From Octopus vulgaris (Eukaryota): a stretch of DNA of 64,000 nt. How positions within the stretch are numbered: the first letter of the stretch is position 1; every line of letters starts with the position of its first letter. Below are positions 1 through 14,869 of this stretch, in pieces. The DNA lies in assembly GCA_951406725.2 (NCBI GenBank), contig OX597817.1:122884001-122948000 (forward strand). Reading direction: 5' to 3'. The notes below the pieces were generated by a model. That model was given only the letters and a program-made list of their open reading frames with translations, was not told the origin of the DNA and did no database searches. Position numbers and translations under genes: made by a program.

Positions 1-40
1 GGTGCCTTTAACTTAAGGACCATATCTATCTGAATCTAAA

Positions 41-92
<52 letters not shown>

Positions 93-694
93 TACACATA
101 CACACACTCACAAACACACACACAAAATGAGTTTCTTTTAGCTTCTCTCCACCAAATCCACACACAGTTCTTTGGTCAACTCACTTGGATTCTGCTTATA
201 GAACACCAATCTGCCACAGTCCTCTGCAAAAGGTATCCAACCAAATACAAGAGGTATCTACTGCTGAAAAGTATATTATGTTGTCTTATGTTAATGCACT
301 TGAGACATTATGTTTTTCTGAAATTTCTAAATGTCTGCCATAAAATATTGTTAATAAGATTATGAATTTTTTGCACTATTAACTTCACTTTAACGATGTA
401 AAAGTCTTTTAATATTTACATATAGATGTAAATATTAAAATGTCTATTCATCTATAAAAATGAGGTTAACAGTCCAAAAAAAAAAACAAGAAATAATGCT
501 TTAGTGAATTTATTTTAAAGATGAAAGACAGCTATTAATATCTAACAGGTCAAATTACTACAGGGAAGCTGGCACACTTGTTCAGCTCATCTCATCTCTG
601 TGTTGATAGTTTACTGATTTAAAGTACAACTATTAGATGTTGTTGTTTGTCCCTTGGTAAGTTCTGATTAAGCAGATGTACAACCAGATATATT

Positions 695-925
695 CCACAT
701 GGTTCCGGGTTCAGTCCCACTGCGTGGCACCTTGGGCAAGTGTCTTCTACTATAGCCTCGTGCCAACCAAAGCCTTGTGAGTGGATTTGGTAGACGGAAA
801 CTGAAAGACGCCTGCCGTATATATGATGCTGGTGTGTTTACGTCCGCATAACTTAGCGGTTCGACTAAAGACAGTGGTCCAGCATGGCCACAGTCAAATG
901 ACTGAAACAAGTAAAAGAGTAAAGA
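695..925 (+). mobile_element. tRNA-derived SINE, family 1 (CORE-like), 5'-truncated and internally deleted
   Basis: CCACATGGTTCCGGGTTCAGTCCCACTGCGTGGCACCTTGGGCAAG head and (GTAAAAGA)n tail; matches the full copy at 18049-18426. Confidence 0.85.
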
Positions 926-1245
926 GAGTTATATTTTGTCAGAGTTTTTTGTAGAAATTGATGATTCAATGTATCCTTCTTTTTATAAGACAAATGGATA
1001 TGATTCGTGAGAGACTTAGGTATTCTGCTGAAGTTGACTTGGCTTTCCATACTTTCTGGGTTGATAAAATAATTACCAGTTGAGCACTAAAGTTGATGTA
1101 ATTGACTAGTCCCCCTCCCCCAAATTTCAGGTCTTGTGACTATAGTAGAAAGGATTATTTTTTAGAAGGGAAGGTGGGTATGGCTAAATATAAGCTCCAG
1201 TAATGGCATGTCTTCACCAATTGGCAGGATTCATAGAACCATTGT

Positions 1246-1545
1246 GGAGACACATGGCCTAGTGGTTAGAGCAGTGGACTCGTGGTAGAGGGATTGTGGG
1301 TTCGAATCTCAGACCGGGCGATGTGTGTGTTTATGAGCAAAACACCTAAGCTCCATGTGACTCCGGCAGAAGGTAATGGCAAACTTCTGCTGACTCTTTT
1401 GATACAACTTTCTCTCACTCTTTCCTCCTGCGTCTAGCAGCTCACCTGCGACGGACCGGCATCCTGTCCAGGTGGGAAACCTATACACCAAGGAAACTGG
1501 GAAACCAGCCCTTATGAGCCAGGCATGGCTCGAGAACAAACAATA
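1246..1545 (+). mobile_element. tRNA-derived SINE, family 3
   Basis: A box TGGCCTAGTGGTTAGAGC and B box GGTTCGAATCTC; antisense copy at 16010-16317. Confidence 0.85.
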
Positions 1546-2969
1546 GAACCATTGATATGGAAGTTGAAATACCACAGCAAACAGCTTTTAGCCCAATAGT
1601 CAGTTTCCTAAATTATATTTAGTGATAATAATTTGAACAAGATAAAAATGGTAACACAGAAGTTATTAGTTATTTGTATAATGTTCTAAGTAGGTGAAAG
1701 TGTCAATTTGAAAACATTTTTTGTTTTTTGTTTTTGAGGAAAAAGAAAATAAGATTTGATGATGTTCATGGCTTTCTAAAGACACAAACAATGTAAATGA
1801 AGGGAAATGAGTACAATCAAGAATTGAAACCGTTTGTGGCTGCAAAATTATCTCGCCAAGAATCTACCTATAGTTACTGGTACTCAACAGCAATACTAAA
1901 ATACCTTAATGTTTTCCCCTCATTATGGACTATAAGCCTTAAAGAAAAGTTCTTTTTTTAAATATACATTGAAGATTATTTCAATGCATTGTTAGAATAT
2001 TTGTGAATATATTATCTTAATGGTCCTGTCTAACAAGCATAAATTTCATGTTTTTGTATCAGCAACATCTAATTCTACACAAACAGTTATTTCTCTTTGT
2101 TTCCATTCAGTATTCTCATCATAAAAGAAGAAATCCTTCACAAAATTCCACAGCATGAAATAAATAACAATACTTTACTTTCAATGTTATCTGTGTAATT
2201 TCAAACAAAACTCTAAAACCTTTATATTCTAATATAATAACATCCAGACACATACGTTTTCATTATATAAGCATAATCACATTAAACTGAAAATGATTTA
2301 AAAAAAAAAGAGAGAAGGAAAACAATGAAATTTACACCCACTCCTGTTAGTATATACTAGAGATGATTTAATTTTATATCATTGAAAAGTATGGCTTGCT
2401 GCTGTTTTCTCACCACTGAAGTTGAATTATTTACTACTTTACCAAAAAAATACAGTAGGTTGCATTGTTTAACCCGTTTGTTACCATATTTCTGTCAACA
2501 CATGATGCCTTTACTTATATTAATTTTGAAGATAATGAAGAATTTAGTAAAATAACTTTCTCATTATTATACTGTGATCTAATTAGATGTAGGGATTTTT
2601 AACTCAAAGCTGGACCTCTTCCTGTCGAGAGTCCCAGATGAACCTACCTCATGGCAAGAGGTGCATATGAGGGTAGCTATATCAAACTCCATTCTTCATC
2701 AAGTGCCACATATTAGAGTAGGCTCTTAGTAATAACAGTGTAGCAAAACGGCGGTGCATCAGTATGGCTGCAGCTCTGAGCTGAAACTAGAGAGAAAAAA
2801 AAAATTATACTGGGGTCTAATTAGTATAAAATTTTGATGAAAGATTATAGTTTCGATCATTTTAACTTTCATTTAAACAAATTATATCCTGTCCAAATAT
2901 GTTACCTGTTTTATGTTCTAACCAGCCAGATTCAGATTATCATGCCTACCTTTAATTTGGTACACACAT

Positions 2970-3812
2970 GGTTTATTCATATCAAGTCTATTTTATTCCA
3001 GTGATGATATATTTCCCAGAAATCTGCTGTTGTTATTGCATGACCGATTCAATGTAGGATTTAACATGGCACATCATGCTAATAGAACATTAATTACACA
3101 GCATTCCCATTTCTTACAGTTGTGTTCAACTGTTCAATTGTTCTTATTTATATATTATACTTATTTACATATGGCTTGACTGAACCACTGTAAAGTATCT
3201 CTCTTAGCCATAGATTCGGTTTGGACGGTGCATGTTACAGAAGAAGTATCAAGCCACTAGTCATTAATATATTATTTAAGAACATATCTAACAGTTCAGG
3301 AATGTCAACTACCCATAAGAAATTATGGGTTTAAAATGGAAAATAGAGACGAGAACCTCAGAATAATGAGAGGAACTGTATTTTAAACAAATAATTTGAG
3401 AGAGTAATTGTAGCTTCCGATTTAAGTATGTTTATAATATCAGGGAAAAACTAGTGAAGCTGATAATATCATTGATAGGATTTCTCACGTTGAAACAAAT
3501 AGTGATTTACATTAACATAATGATTTATCACATTGGTTCAATGGTTACAAATTTATAGAGAAACAGTATAATCGACTGAATCAACTTTGTTAGATTGCTG
3601 GTTCTTAATATATTGACTATAGAGAGATGCAAGCCAAAACCAGGCTCTCATGAGATTTGAATTCATAATGCAGAGAAATAAAACAAACAAGTATATGCCA
3701 TTTAGTCCAATGCTCAGCTATATCTGCCAATCCACATTATTAACATGAACATAGTAAACTAGACTGATCTAACTTTGGAGCTTGTTTCTTCCTCAGTTAT
3801 ATTAGATGTTAT
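2970..3812 (+). pseudogene. Degenerate RhoGAP-domain relic
   Basis: Colinear pieces GLFISSLFYSSDDIFPRNLLLLLHDRFNVG ... VHVTEEVSSH*SLIYYLRT ... SKLD*SNFGACFFLSYI; split by an old SINE near 3570-3740. Confidence 0.45.
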
Positions 3813-3889
3813 GTAGCAATAAATATGAAGACTGTCAAATCGATAAATTCACACTATCATTTGGATTGAATTGGTTCAGTCATGCATTA

Positions 3890-4545
3890 AGGTTTCCATC
3901 TTCCATCCAGACTTGCTAATCAAGTAATGTGGTGGACTTCACAAGGATGAGAGAAATAACTGATGATCCAAAAGGCACTGACATTTGACCATCTAGTGGT
4001 TTTTGTTGTGAGTTTTTAAGAAATTAGAATGATGTGAAAACTGGCTGTGAACATTAGTCAGTTCCTTGCAGAGACCAACATAAAATGTTCTAAGAGTAAA
4101 TAATTCTTTACAATCTAAGTTATATTCCCACATCCTTAAATAATGGTTGAGTTCCAAAATGGTATCAAAATGGTGTGAGAACTGACTGTGAACATTAATC
4201 TGTTCCTTATGGAGAACAAGATAAGAACTTGTAACGGTAAATAATTCTCTTGAATTCAGAATCTAAGATATGTTTCCACATTCCAAGACAATGCTTGAGA
4301 TAAAATTTAGTATAATTTATTAAGATTAACAGTGATGTATCACAGAAGACTGGAATTTAAATTTGCTATTACTAGCACTCATTTCTTGCAATCATTTCAA
4401 TAGTAAGATATTGAAGAATAAAAATTCAAGGATTTATTATAATTATTTAGAACGTTATGAAGACATTATAATTGAAAATACCAAGTACCAACTGTCTCAA
4501 CTGTTTGATATTATTATTATTATTTTCTCAAGCATTGAACTTCAT
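3890..4545 (+). pseudogene. Degenerate RhoGAP-domain relic with an internal tandem duplication of about 140 bp
   Basis: FPSSIQT..DPKGTDI*PSSGFCCE..YIPTSL..KIPSTN; direct repeat 4030-4150 vs 4172-4300. Confidence 0.35.
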
Positions 4546-5317
4546 TATTCAATAGATCCTTCTCGTTTTTAAATGGTAGAGTGTAATTTGAGGGATATTT
4601 GGCTGCTATTTCTAGTATAATGGCTACCTCAGCAACACATAAATAAAAGAGTTTGATGAATACATTACTTTTATTCCTTTGAAATATTTTTATTTGCATT
4701 GCTTTTTATTTCTATATTTTTTATCAAAAATATTCTGGAAGACAACTGTCATTCTACTATTTGTATATTAAGTTTTGAGTTCAATAATTTAGATATATTA
4801 TATGTATTATGGAATTTTCGTATTATATCATTAAAATAAAAATACAAAAGGCAAGAAGAAAATCTACCCCAGGAGGATGACAGTTAAAGTTGAATCCAGC
4901 AAGATTTGAACTCAGAATACCAAGAGATGAAATAATTACTACATGCTATCAGTCACATGATTTTACTGACTGTCAATAGTGCTATATAACTCTAGTATAA
5001 GTCACCTTAAATTGATGAGAATAAGAAGCCCCATGGACAGGATGGGTATGTATTACACTTAAATACGAAAAAGAACTGGGACTTATTTTTATCTTTTATT
5101 TCTTTCAACCCCTATACTTATATTTCTTTAAGCCTGGTACTTATTCTATTGACCTTTTTTGTCAAACTGCTAAGTTATGGTTGTCAAGTGGTGGTGGGGG
5201 ACAAACACAGACACACAGGCACACACGCACATATCATCATTGTTTAATGTCCACCCTCCATGTTAGCATATATATATATATATCATCATCATCATCATCA
5301 TCATCATTTAGCATCCG

Positions 5318-5360
<43 letters not shown>

Positions 5361-5364
5361 ACAG

Positions 5365-5767
5365 ATATAGGGTGAAATATAATTAATTTAATAAAATCAA
5401 AAAATTTCACTTAGTAGTATATTCGGTATGGAAAAGGACCATATTCGGTAAAAATTTATATAATTATAACAATAAGGGTCTTTGCAACAAGTTGCTTGAC
5501 CACAGATTTATTTACCGGAATATTATGTTGATGAAAGAAATGAATCTTATGATTCTAATCCAGAAACGTGCGTCCATAATTGACTATGGACTGTTTGATT
5601 TCGCTATTTTTCTTCTTTTTTGCCATATATGAGTTGCAAATATTGTTGTCTGTGGAGACATATTTTTGTAGTAAAAGGAAATAGTAGTCTTTTGGCTGCT
5701 ATTTCTAAAATTTTCGGTATGTGGTCAAGCAACTTGTTGCAAAGACCCTTATTGTTATAATTATATA
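5365..5767 (-). mobile_element. Miniature Penelope-like relic with a perfect 48-bp inverted repeat
   Basis: 5457-5504 is the exact reverse complement of 5720-5767; the spacer reads [11 protein letters not shown]...*SIMD on the minus strand, like the GIY-YIG C-terminal T.LS.HIW...WSIL motif. Confidence 0.6.
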
Positions 5768-5777
5768 TATATATACG

Positions 5778-5839
<62 letters not shown>

Positions 5840-5841
5840 CG

Positions 5842-5872
<31 letters not shown>

Positions 5873-6120
5873 GTATGTATATATGTATATATATATGTAT
5901 GATGGACTTCTTTCAATTTATATCAACCAAATCCATCTCACAAGGTTTTGGTCAGCCCGAGACCATAGTACAAGACACTTGCCCAAGGTGCCACACAGTG
6001 GGACTGAAACTAGAACCACATAATTATGAAGCAAGGTTCTTACCACACAGCCAAATTAGAATATATAAGCAGGAGGCACATGCTGGATTCGCCTCATACT
6101 TATATGCTTAATCTTTGCAT

Positions 6121-6430
6121 ACCTGTTGATGAAGACTTTGCCTAGCAAATTATTTTATTTGCTAAAAAAGTCTGAAACCATGGTCTAGGAAATAGATGGT
6201 AAATGTTTTTATTTTACCTTCCCTTCGAGATTTTATCCCTAATTAGTGGTTTGAACTTTAGCTGTTCCTTCTAGCATAGGGAGACCTATAATGGATACCT
6301 CTTAATGTATTTACATGTACACTGTATTTTATATGAATAATATATAGTCTATTGACTAATTTTTTCTATACGCAAGGCCACTGGTAGTAAAAATTTCTAA
6401 AATCTTTATTACCCTGATATTATGAAATAT
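6121..6430 (+). mobile_element. Non-autonomous Penelope-associated element with a degenerate type I hammerhead motif
   Basis: TTGATGA-stem II-GAAACCATGGTC at 6126-6185; 3' part is homologous to 16725-16950. Confidence 0.55.
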
Positions 6431-6800
6431 ATACCAGCACTTGACAACAGATGTTAGTGTGGTTCTGTGGGTAAGAAGATTATTTTGCAATGAAGTGGTC
6501 TTGGGTTCAGTCCATCTGTGCAGCTCCAAGCTGACAAAAGCTTTTTGAGTGGATTTGGTAGACAGAAACTGGAAAAAGTTCATACATATATATACATATA
6601 GATGTGTGTGTGTGTGCATTTGAGTGATCTTACATGGTGTTTCATGTTTTAATTTGAAATGGAGATGAACACCAATGTTCCATAGGATAGGATTGATAAG
6701 TGTTGAGAGACTTCCCTTAACATGAAATCAATGGTAGCCTTAACCTATAAATAAAGAATTATCTACCAATGCAGTGTTGAGCACTCATTGTTCTATATCA

Positions 6801-6846
<46 letters not shown>

Positions 6847-6930
6847 TTTATATATACAAGATGGTGCTGGAAAGTTCCTGACTTTGGGTAAAGGAATATA
6901 CAGGATTATCAATTATGATTTTATTTAACA

Positions 6931-8222
6931 CAAGCAGAGATACCCGGCATTGCCCATGTTACATTCAATTGACGAATTAGACTTTTCTGTTATATTTTCT
7001 GTAATGAACTGGAATATCTATGTTTTGAATTTCATCAGAATTGCAGATGAGGGTTATTTCCCTCTTTACACAGCCTAAAAAAATTGTAATCATGACACAT
7101 GTATCCCATACTACTGATTTTTATGCGCATATTCCAGCAAATTCCAGTCTTATTGAACCTGTTAAAAAGATTTTGCTCCTGAAAAATGAAGGTCATAAGC
7201 TCTAAAAGGTGAGAGTTAAGGCCCCTGTTGGGGGTGGTCATCTTAATGTCAACCAGAGAAGTTGAATTGTTGAGAATCTTTTTAACTTGGGTCTTATATC
7301 TATTGTTTGAATTTCTTTGAAATAGGAAATATATGTTCCCTGGGTTTGTAAAAGAGAGCAAAGCTACAGAAAACCAAAAGACGAATGATTACAATAAGCA
7401 GTCAGCTACCCCACCCTAGTCGTTACCACTCCCAATGTAGGATTCCTCACTATCCAAGTGACAGGCACAGCCGTAAGATGCATTATGAATCTATAGCAAT
7501 AGGAAGGGTGTGATCCAACTGAAATAAACATTAACAATTGTGTGACGTGAGGGCTAAGGAGAAATTAAAGTGTCGCCTCTGGAGTTTGCAAATGACCACT
7601 ATACTGATACGTAACTGGACAGAATAAATTTACAATCTATAAATGTCTTTGAATAACCAGTCACTCATCTGGGAAGGCCTTGAAATCAATGTTACCAACT
7701 GGGGACTATGTGTGACCCAGTGATAATAAAAAGACTGAAAGGAGGTCTGCAATCAAATAACTTTACTCAACACTTTGCAACTGAATCGGTGGAGGCAAAG
7801 ATGCCTCTCATTTACTTGACAATTTATGCACCGCATTGCAGAAATCACAATGTATGTGTATGTCAAAGCAAACTGTTACACTGTTGTACCATTGATTTTA
7901 CAAATAATGCTCATCTTTTATGCTCGGGTAACCCTACAGCTTCCAAGAGCACAAGTGTATTCATTCTTGCTTAGATAAAATGACAAAATTGTGGGTGTTA
8001 AGTCCCCTGGGAGGTTTTTTTTTTAACTTATAAGAAGATGAAGTTTTATAAATATCACTTCATTTGTGTCTAATATCTATGGTTAAAATTTCTTCAACAA
8101 CAAAAATATATGAATTGTCATGGGGGAAATTTCCAAATTTCATAAAGATCCATTCAGTACTTTTGACCTAGTTTTGGATCGTAAAAGAAATGACTAAAAT
8201 TTGGGAGTTAAGGCCATTAGGG

Positions 8223-8287
<65 letters not shown>

Positions 8288-9483
8288 TAGATAGATATAT
8301 AGATAGATAAATAGATATAAATATAGATATACACACACACACACACACATACAAAGATGAATTGATAGATACACCTGAGTGGGCAAACAAAAATATGAGA
8401 CACAGCCTAGTGCTTTTTTTTATGTCGACAAGCCTGGTACTTATTCTATTAGTTTGTTTTTGTGAAACCAGTAAGTTATGGGGATGTAAATAAATGAACA
8501 GCAGTCGTGAAGCAGTAATGAGGGTGAAACACAGAGACAAAGACACACACATACACTTACTTATATACATACATATATATATATACAATTTATTTATTTC
8601 AGTTTCTGTCTACGAAATCCACTGACAAGGCTTTGGTTGGTCTGAGGCTATAGCAGAGGACACATGCCAAGTTACCACACAGTGGGACAGAACTGAGGAC
8701 CATGTGTTTTGGAACCAAGTTTTTTACCACACAGTCACACCTGCACCTATGTATGTATGTGTGTGTGTATGTGTGTATGTTTGTATATATGTATGCATGT
8801 ATATATGCGTATATATATGTGTACATATTACATGTATATCTATCTATATATATATATATATATATACATCTTCATATACATGTATACATATACAGCTATA
8901 CATATACATGTATACATATACATCTATATATATACATGTATATATATATACATATATATATACATTCATATATATACATGTAAATATATATATACATATA
9001 TATATATACATCCATATATATATATACATCTATATATATATACACGCACATGTAAATTTAAATTTAAAATAATAAGGGTGAAAAATTGAATATTAATTTG
9101 ATTAATATGAATTGAAAACCAGTGGTGTAGCATATAAGACCATAGCAGATCTTCTTCTAGCAAAATGGAAGTCCATTGTTAATGTTTCTTCCCTTTATAT
9201 AATAGTTTGACTTTAATAGTTTCATTATTAAAGTGAAAGCATCTGACATTACAACAGAGATGTTTTAGTTTCACTTTTAACACGTAATAATGAGATAATG
9301 GATAAGATATGATATTGCTGTGGGCTCGCCCTAGGTAAGAAGTTAAAAAATTCTTTTGCCCATGACACTATATGGACCCTAAGTAAAGCATGTGTAAAAT
9401 TTGAATGAAATTGGTTGAGTAGTTCTCAAGTTTTAGGGATTCACACAGACAGACAGACACATTCTCAGTTTTATATATATAGA
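6931..9483 (-). mobile_element. Helitron-type element with degenerate PIF1-helicase C-terminal remnants
   Basis: Minus strand starts A|TCTATATATATAAAA followed by (TCTG)n and ends in a GC-rich hairpin-like GGGCAATGCCGGG then CTTG|T; no TSD; remnants GLPEHK, FCN and PV.I..ICKLQ near 7500-7945. Confidence 0.75.
8400..8745 (-). mobile_element. SINE family 1 nested in the Helitron
   Basis: Reverse complement of the family 1 head and body. Confidence 0.75.
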
Positions 9484-9849
9484 TATTTCCTTCTCCGATT
9501 CACACACTTAATGCAGCAGTCCTTCAATTTTTCTAAGTCCTGTAAAGGAACCGAGAAGATTGGGCCTCTGATCAGGCCATTTGTGATACCCTTAAAAGTA
9601 GGAACTTTTCAGCACCCTTTCATATTTATGCATGCATGTGTGTGTGTGTGTGTTTTAGTATTTGTACTGTGTTTGTCTTCCACTGTCACTTGACAATTGG
9701 TGCTGGTGTGTTAGCATCCCTGTAAAGCAGCAGTTTGGCAAAGAGGCTGCAATAAAAAAATACCATTTTTCAAAAAACTAAAAAAATAAGGTAAACATTT
9801 CAAGATGGTGACCTCACCATGGCTGCAGTTCAATGACTGAAACAAACAA

Positions 9850-11300
<1,451 letters not shown>

Positions 11301-12739
11301 TTTCAATAAACAGAATTTATACACGAAGACACATAGACATTAACATTGCTATACACACGTATTTATTTAAACATTAATATTTATTCTCTGTATTCTATAT
11401 GGTTTGAACCATTTCCAGAATTGTAGACCCTGCCACACACACATTATTGGGTACAGTTACTCAACTACTTGTGTGACTGTACCTAGTAATGTGTGTGTGT
11501 TCATGCATATGCTTGTTTGTCCATCAAGTTTAACGATAGTCCAGTATCTGAAATACTTAAAAAAACAATTCAGATTATCGCTCATTAATAAGTTCTGCTG
11601 TTGTCAAAAAGGCCTCTTCATCAGAGAAGTGCTGCAGACAATGCTCACATTCGCATAAATCAGGATTCTTAAGGAGTATGGTTTGCAAAATTTCTATTTT
11701 GGCCTCCTAAGAGATACACGAAGATTCAAATATCTTATAGCTCTGAGTACTAAATTTCTTCCATATAGCTCTAAACTAAATCAACTCCTTTCCATGACAA
11801 TGGATTGATCTTGCAGTCTTTCAAGTGCATCGTGAATTTTTCGTGCATCTTTGAATCTTTTACAAGGTACACAACACTGTCCCCTCTATTTACAAGTTCA
11901 AAACAGAAAATTGTATTTAATGGTGGTTGCATGTCAAAGGAATGAAACAAATGAAAAATAATAGATGTCAAGAGGAAGAAGTCAGATACTGAAGACACAA
12001 AGAGTGGCTCACATTTCTTCATCCCCTTCTCTACTGCCATTGGCCTGAACAGCCACCCCAGACACTGGCATCCTTTATACCCAACAGGATGAAAAGGCTG
12101 AATCACTCCCAACAGATTAACTTCCCAGATACAAGTTAATGTCCCTACCATTGAGAGTAGTCATGAGTAAATTGTGGCCCAAAATGGTTTTCTGAATGGC
12201 ATGCCTAAGAAAAATAAATTACCCAGAAATTTTCAGTTGTGTAGCCCACCTGAAGATGAGCCATGTACCATGCGGAATGCTTCTTAGATAAGTAAGAAAC
12301 TCTAAACCATACCTGTGCATAGTTTAGAGTCAGGCATTTTGGTATATCTAGCCCAACAGCATTGCATAACAACCGACCTGGAAACATTGGCACATCTGAT
12401 AAGTTCTGTATTAGGAATTCTGTCTTATTGAGTTATGCTTAAGATATTCTTAAAGCAAACATTGAAATGATTGAGATATTTAACAATGGTATCCTGGTAT
12501 CCTGTCTAAGTATCAGAACTGCAAAAGAATGTCCTCATTCTGTATATGTGTTGGTGTGTACTTACATATTTACTAGCATTCATGCATATATACATATAAA
12601 CATACAGATGTGTGTTTGCATCCATGTATGTATATATATGTATAGAAGCCAGCAAGCAATTTCAGAATTATAGAGTTTTGCCCTCTAAAGGCCAAATACC
12701 CAGAGAAAAACATTGTATATTGTGCTAATGTCTTTGCCT

Positions 12740-12965
12740 ACAATATATCAGCACAAAAGCTAATTCTAGCATCTCCACCTGAAAACATCACAGCATGTTT
12801 AAAACTATGGGCAAATAGATACAAATGAGAGATTACTAGTGTCATATGGGCAATGTTAGATAATAAACAGGTATTTAGTAACACATCAAAGTACTGCAAA
12901 CTTTGCCTCACGGAAAACATACAAATCTTTTATAATCTTACCATAATATTTAATAAAATAAAGTG
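12740..12965 (+). mobile_element. Penelope-like GIY-YIG C-terminal relic
   Basis: VIWAMLDNKQVFSNTSKYCKLCLTE resembles the W.IL....Y.N.SK.C.LCL.EK motif of PLE endonucleases. Confidence 0.6.
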
Positions 12966-13279
12966 TGCAAAAGGTGAGCTAAATTCACCTGTTCACATCT
13001 TCCCAAATAGTTTCTTAGGAATTTTTATCAAGGACATCCCCTGATGCACAATAGATGACAGCTGACTTGGACATCAAAGATTTACACCATCTGCAGTGCT
13101 TCCACCTTTAACATTCGTTGCATTTCTTTCCAATTCAATGAAGTGAAATGTATACTGAAGCTTTAACTGAAAAATATTACTCTGGGAATATAATGCTCAT
13201 ATAAACAAACACACACATGCACAAATACACATATGCTGTGTGTGTGTGTGTGCGTGTTTGTGTGTATGTGTGCGTGTGT

Positions 13280-13325
<46 letters not shown>

Positions 13326-13329
13326 GCCT

Positions 13330-13900
13330 TGTTTGAAAAATGCAGAGAATATATCTATAAAGTATTACATTTAATACATACAATTTTATCAATTGATTTA
13401 ATAGTAAGGTTTCTCTCAAAAACTGCATTTTCCTTTAACAACAGCTAATAGAAAATTGTATGATATAAAATTAAAATACATTCTTATCAAAAAGGCCTTC
13501 AGTTATTTCATTCAATAGCTTTTCATGCAGTTCTTTCCAAAAACTTTTAACGGAATATGATTGTCAAATTCCTATACCTATGAATATCTATGTAGATATA
13601 TACATATAAACACACTAGTATTAATACACACCATACACAAAGATACATACAGGCACATACACGTACATATATTAATACATATGTGAGCTTGCATGTCTAA
13701 TACATGACCATATATATAAATTAAGCATTGGTGAAGCCAATATTTTAATGAAAGCCAATTCTTATATGAAACACTCTAAACTATGGATTTACACTTTTAT
13801 TCATTTCACACATTCTTCATAATCTACAACAAAGATTTATTGAAATGTAAACATGTATTCATTGTTTCATGTAAACATGTATTTGTTGTTTAATTACAAC
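13330..13900 (-). pseudogene. Degenerate RhoGAP-domain relic (one of the clearest)
   Basis: IFVVDYEECVK ... GI*QSYSVKSFWKELHEKLLN ... QFLRE ... LIKLYVLNVILYRYILCIFQ. Confidence 0.6.
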
Positions 13901-14869
13901 ATAACTATCAGTGAATTGAATTTACTCACACGCACGTCATAAATTATATATTGTTCGCTGAAACAATAATATTTACTCTTTGCAAACTTTCCAGGAATGA
14001 ATAACTAATGCATTTGTAGATAATCAATTTATTAAGTGTACCCAATTATATATATATATGTGTGTGCGTCTGTGCATGCATGCATCTGTGTATACATATA
14101 TGTTAGCCAACGGTCACCACTTTTATAGTCTGTAAGTGTCTGGTAGTTGAGCATGCGACGCTTGGCTAAATTAAATCTTCTTCCAGTACAGACGGTTGGT
14201 TGGTCCAAAACAAAACAACATGGAGGTGACGGTGGCGCTAGTAGTGAATGCAAGAATGCTTCCAAGAAGGCCACATTGTTTGTTCAGTCCACTGGCTCAT
14301 TGAGAGAATTTGCTGAAATGCTGCTAACCATTTTGTCTGCTGTGCTAATGATTCTGCCAGTTTGCTACACATTAATGGATTCAAATTTTGACACAAAACC
14401 AGCAGTTTTAGTGAAAGATTATAATTGATTACATCAATCCTAGATATTTAACTGGTATTTCATTTTATCAACCACTGGAAGGATTAAAGGCACAGTTGAC
14501 ATAGGAGGAATTTGAACTCAGAACATTGAAAACTGAAAGAAATGCCGCTAAATATTTTGACCATTGTTCTAATGATTCTGCCAGCTCAATGCTTTATTAA
14601 TAATACTAATATCTGTATGAATACTTTATCAGGAATGATTTTATGAAGTAATTTTTGGAATTATTTTGAGCATAAAATATAAGTAGAAATTCTATCCATA
14701 ATTTAATTAAACAAAAACAGGAATAAGTTCTTCATAAATTCATGACTGCTCCAGTTTCATACATATAATTAAGTGCTACAGGTAGCTGATAAATAATTAT
14801 TTGATTATTAATAGCATGGTAATCTATTAGAAATGCTTTTTGTCATTGTTCACTGCGTTGTAATGTCTT

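Larger units (their letters stand above)
6855..9624. mobile_element. mariner-type MITE split by a Helitron insertion
   Basis: TA + CAAGATGGTGCTGGAAAGTTCC and GGAACTTTTCAGCACCCTTTCA + TA inverted termini; the two halves rejoin at A6930|T9484. Confidence 0.75.

Noticed and set aside
1246-1320. tRNA gene
   Set aside because: A and B boxes continue into a repeated SINE body with no proper acceptor stem; the same applies at 18477 and 52565.
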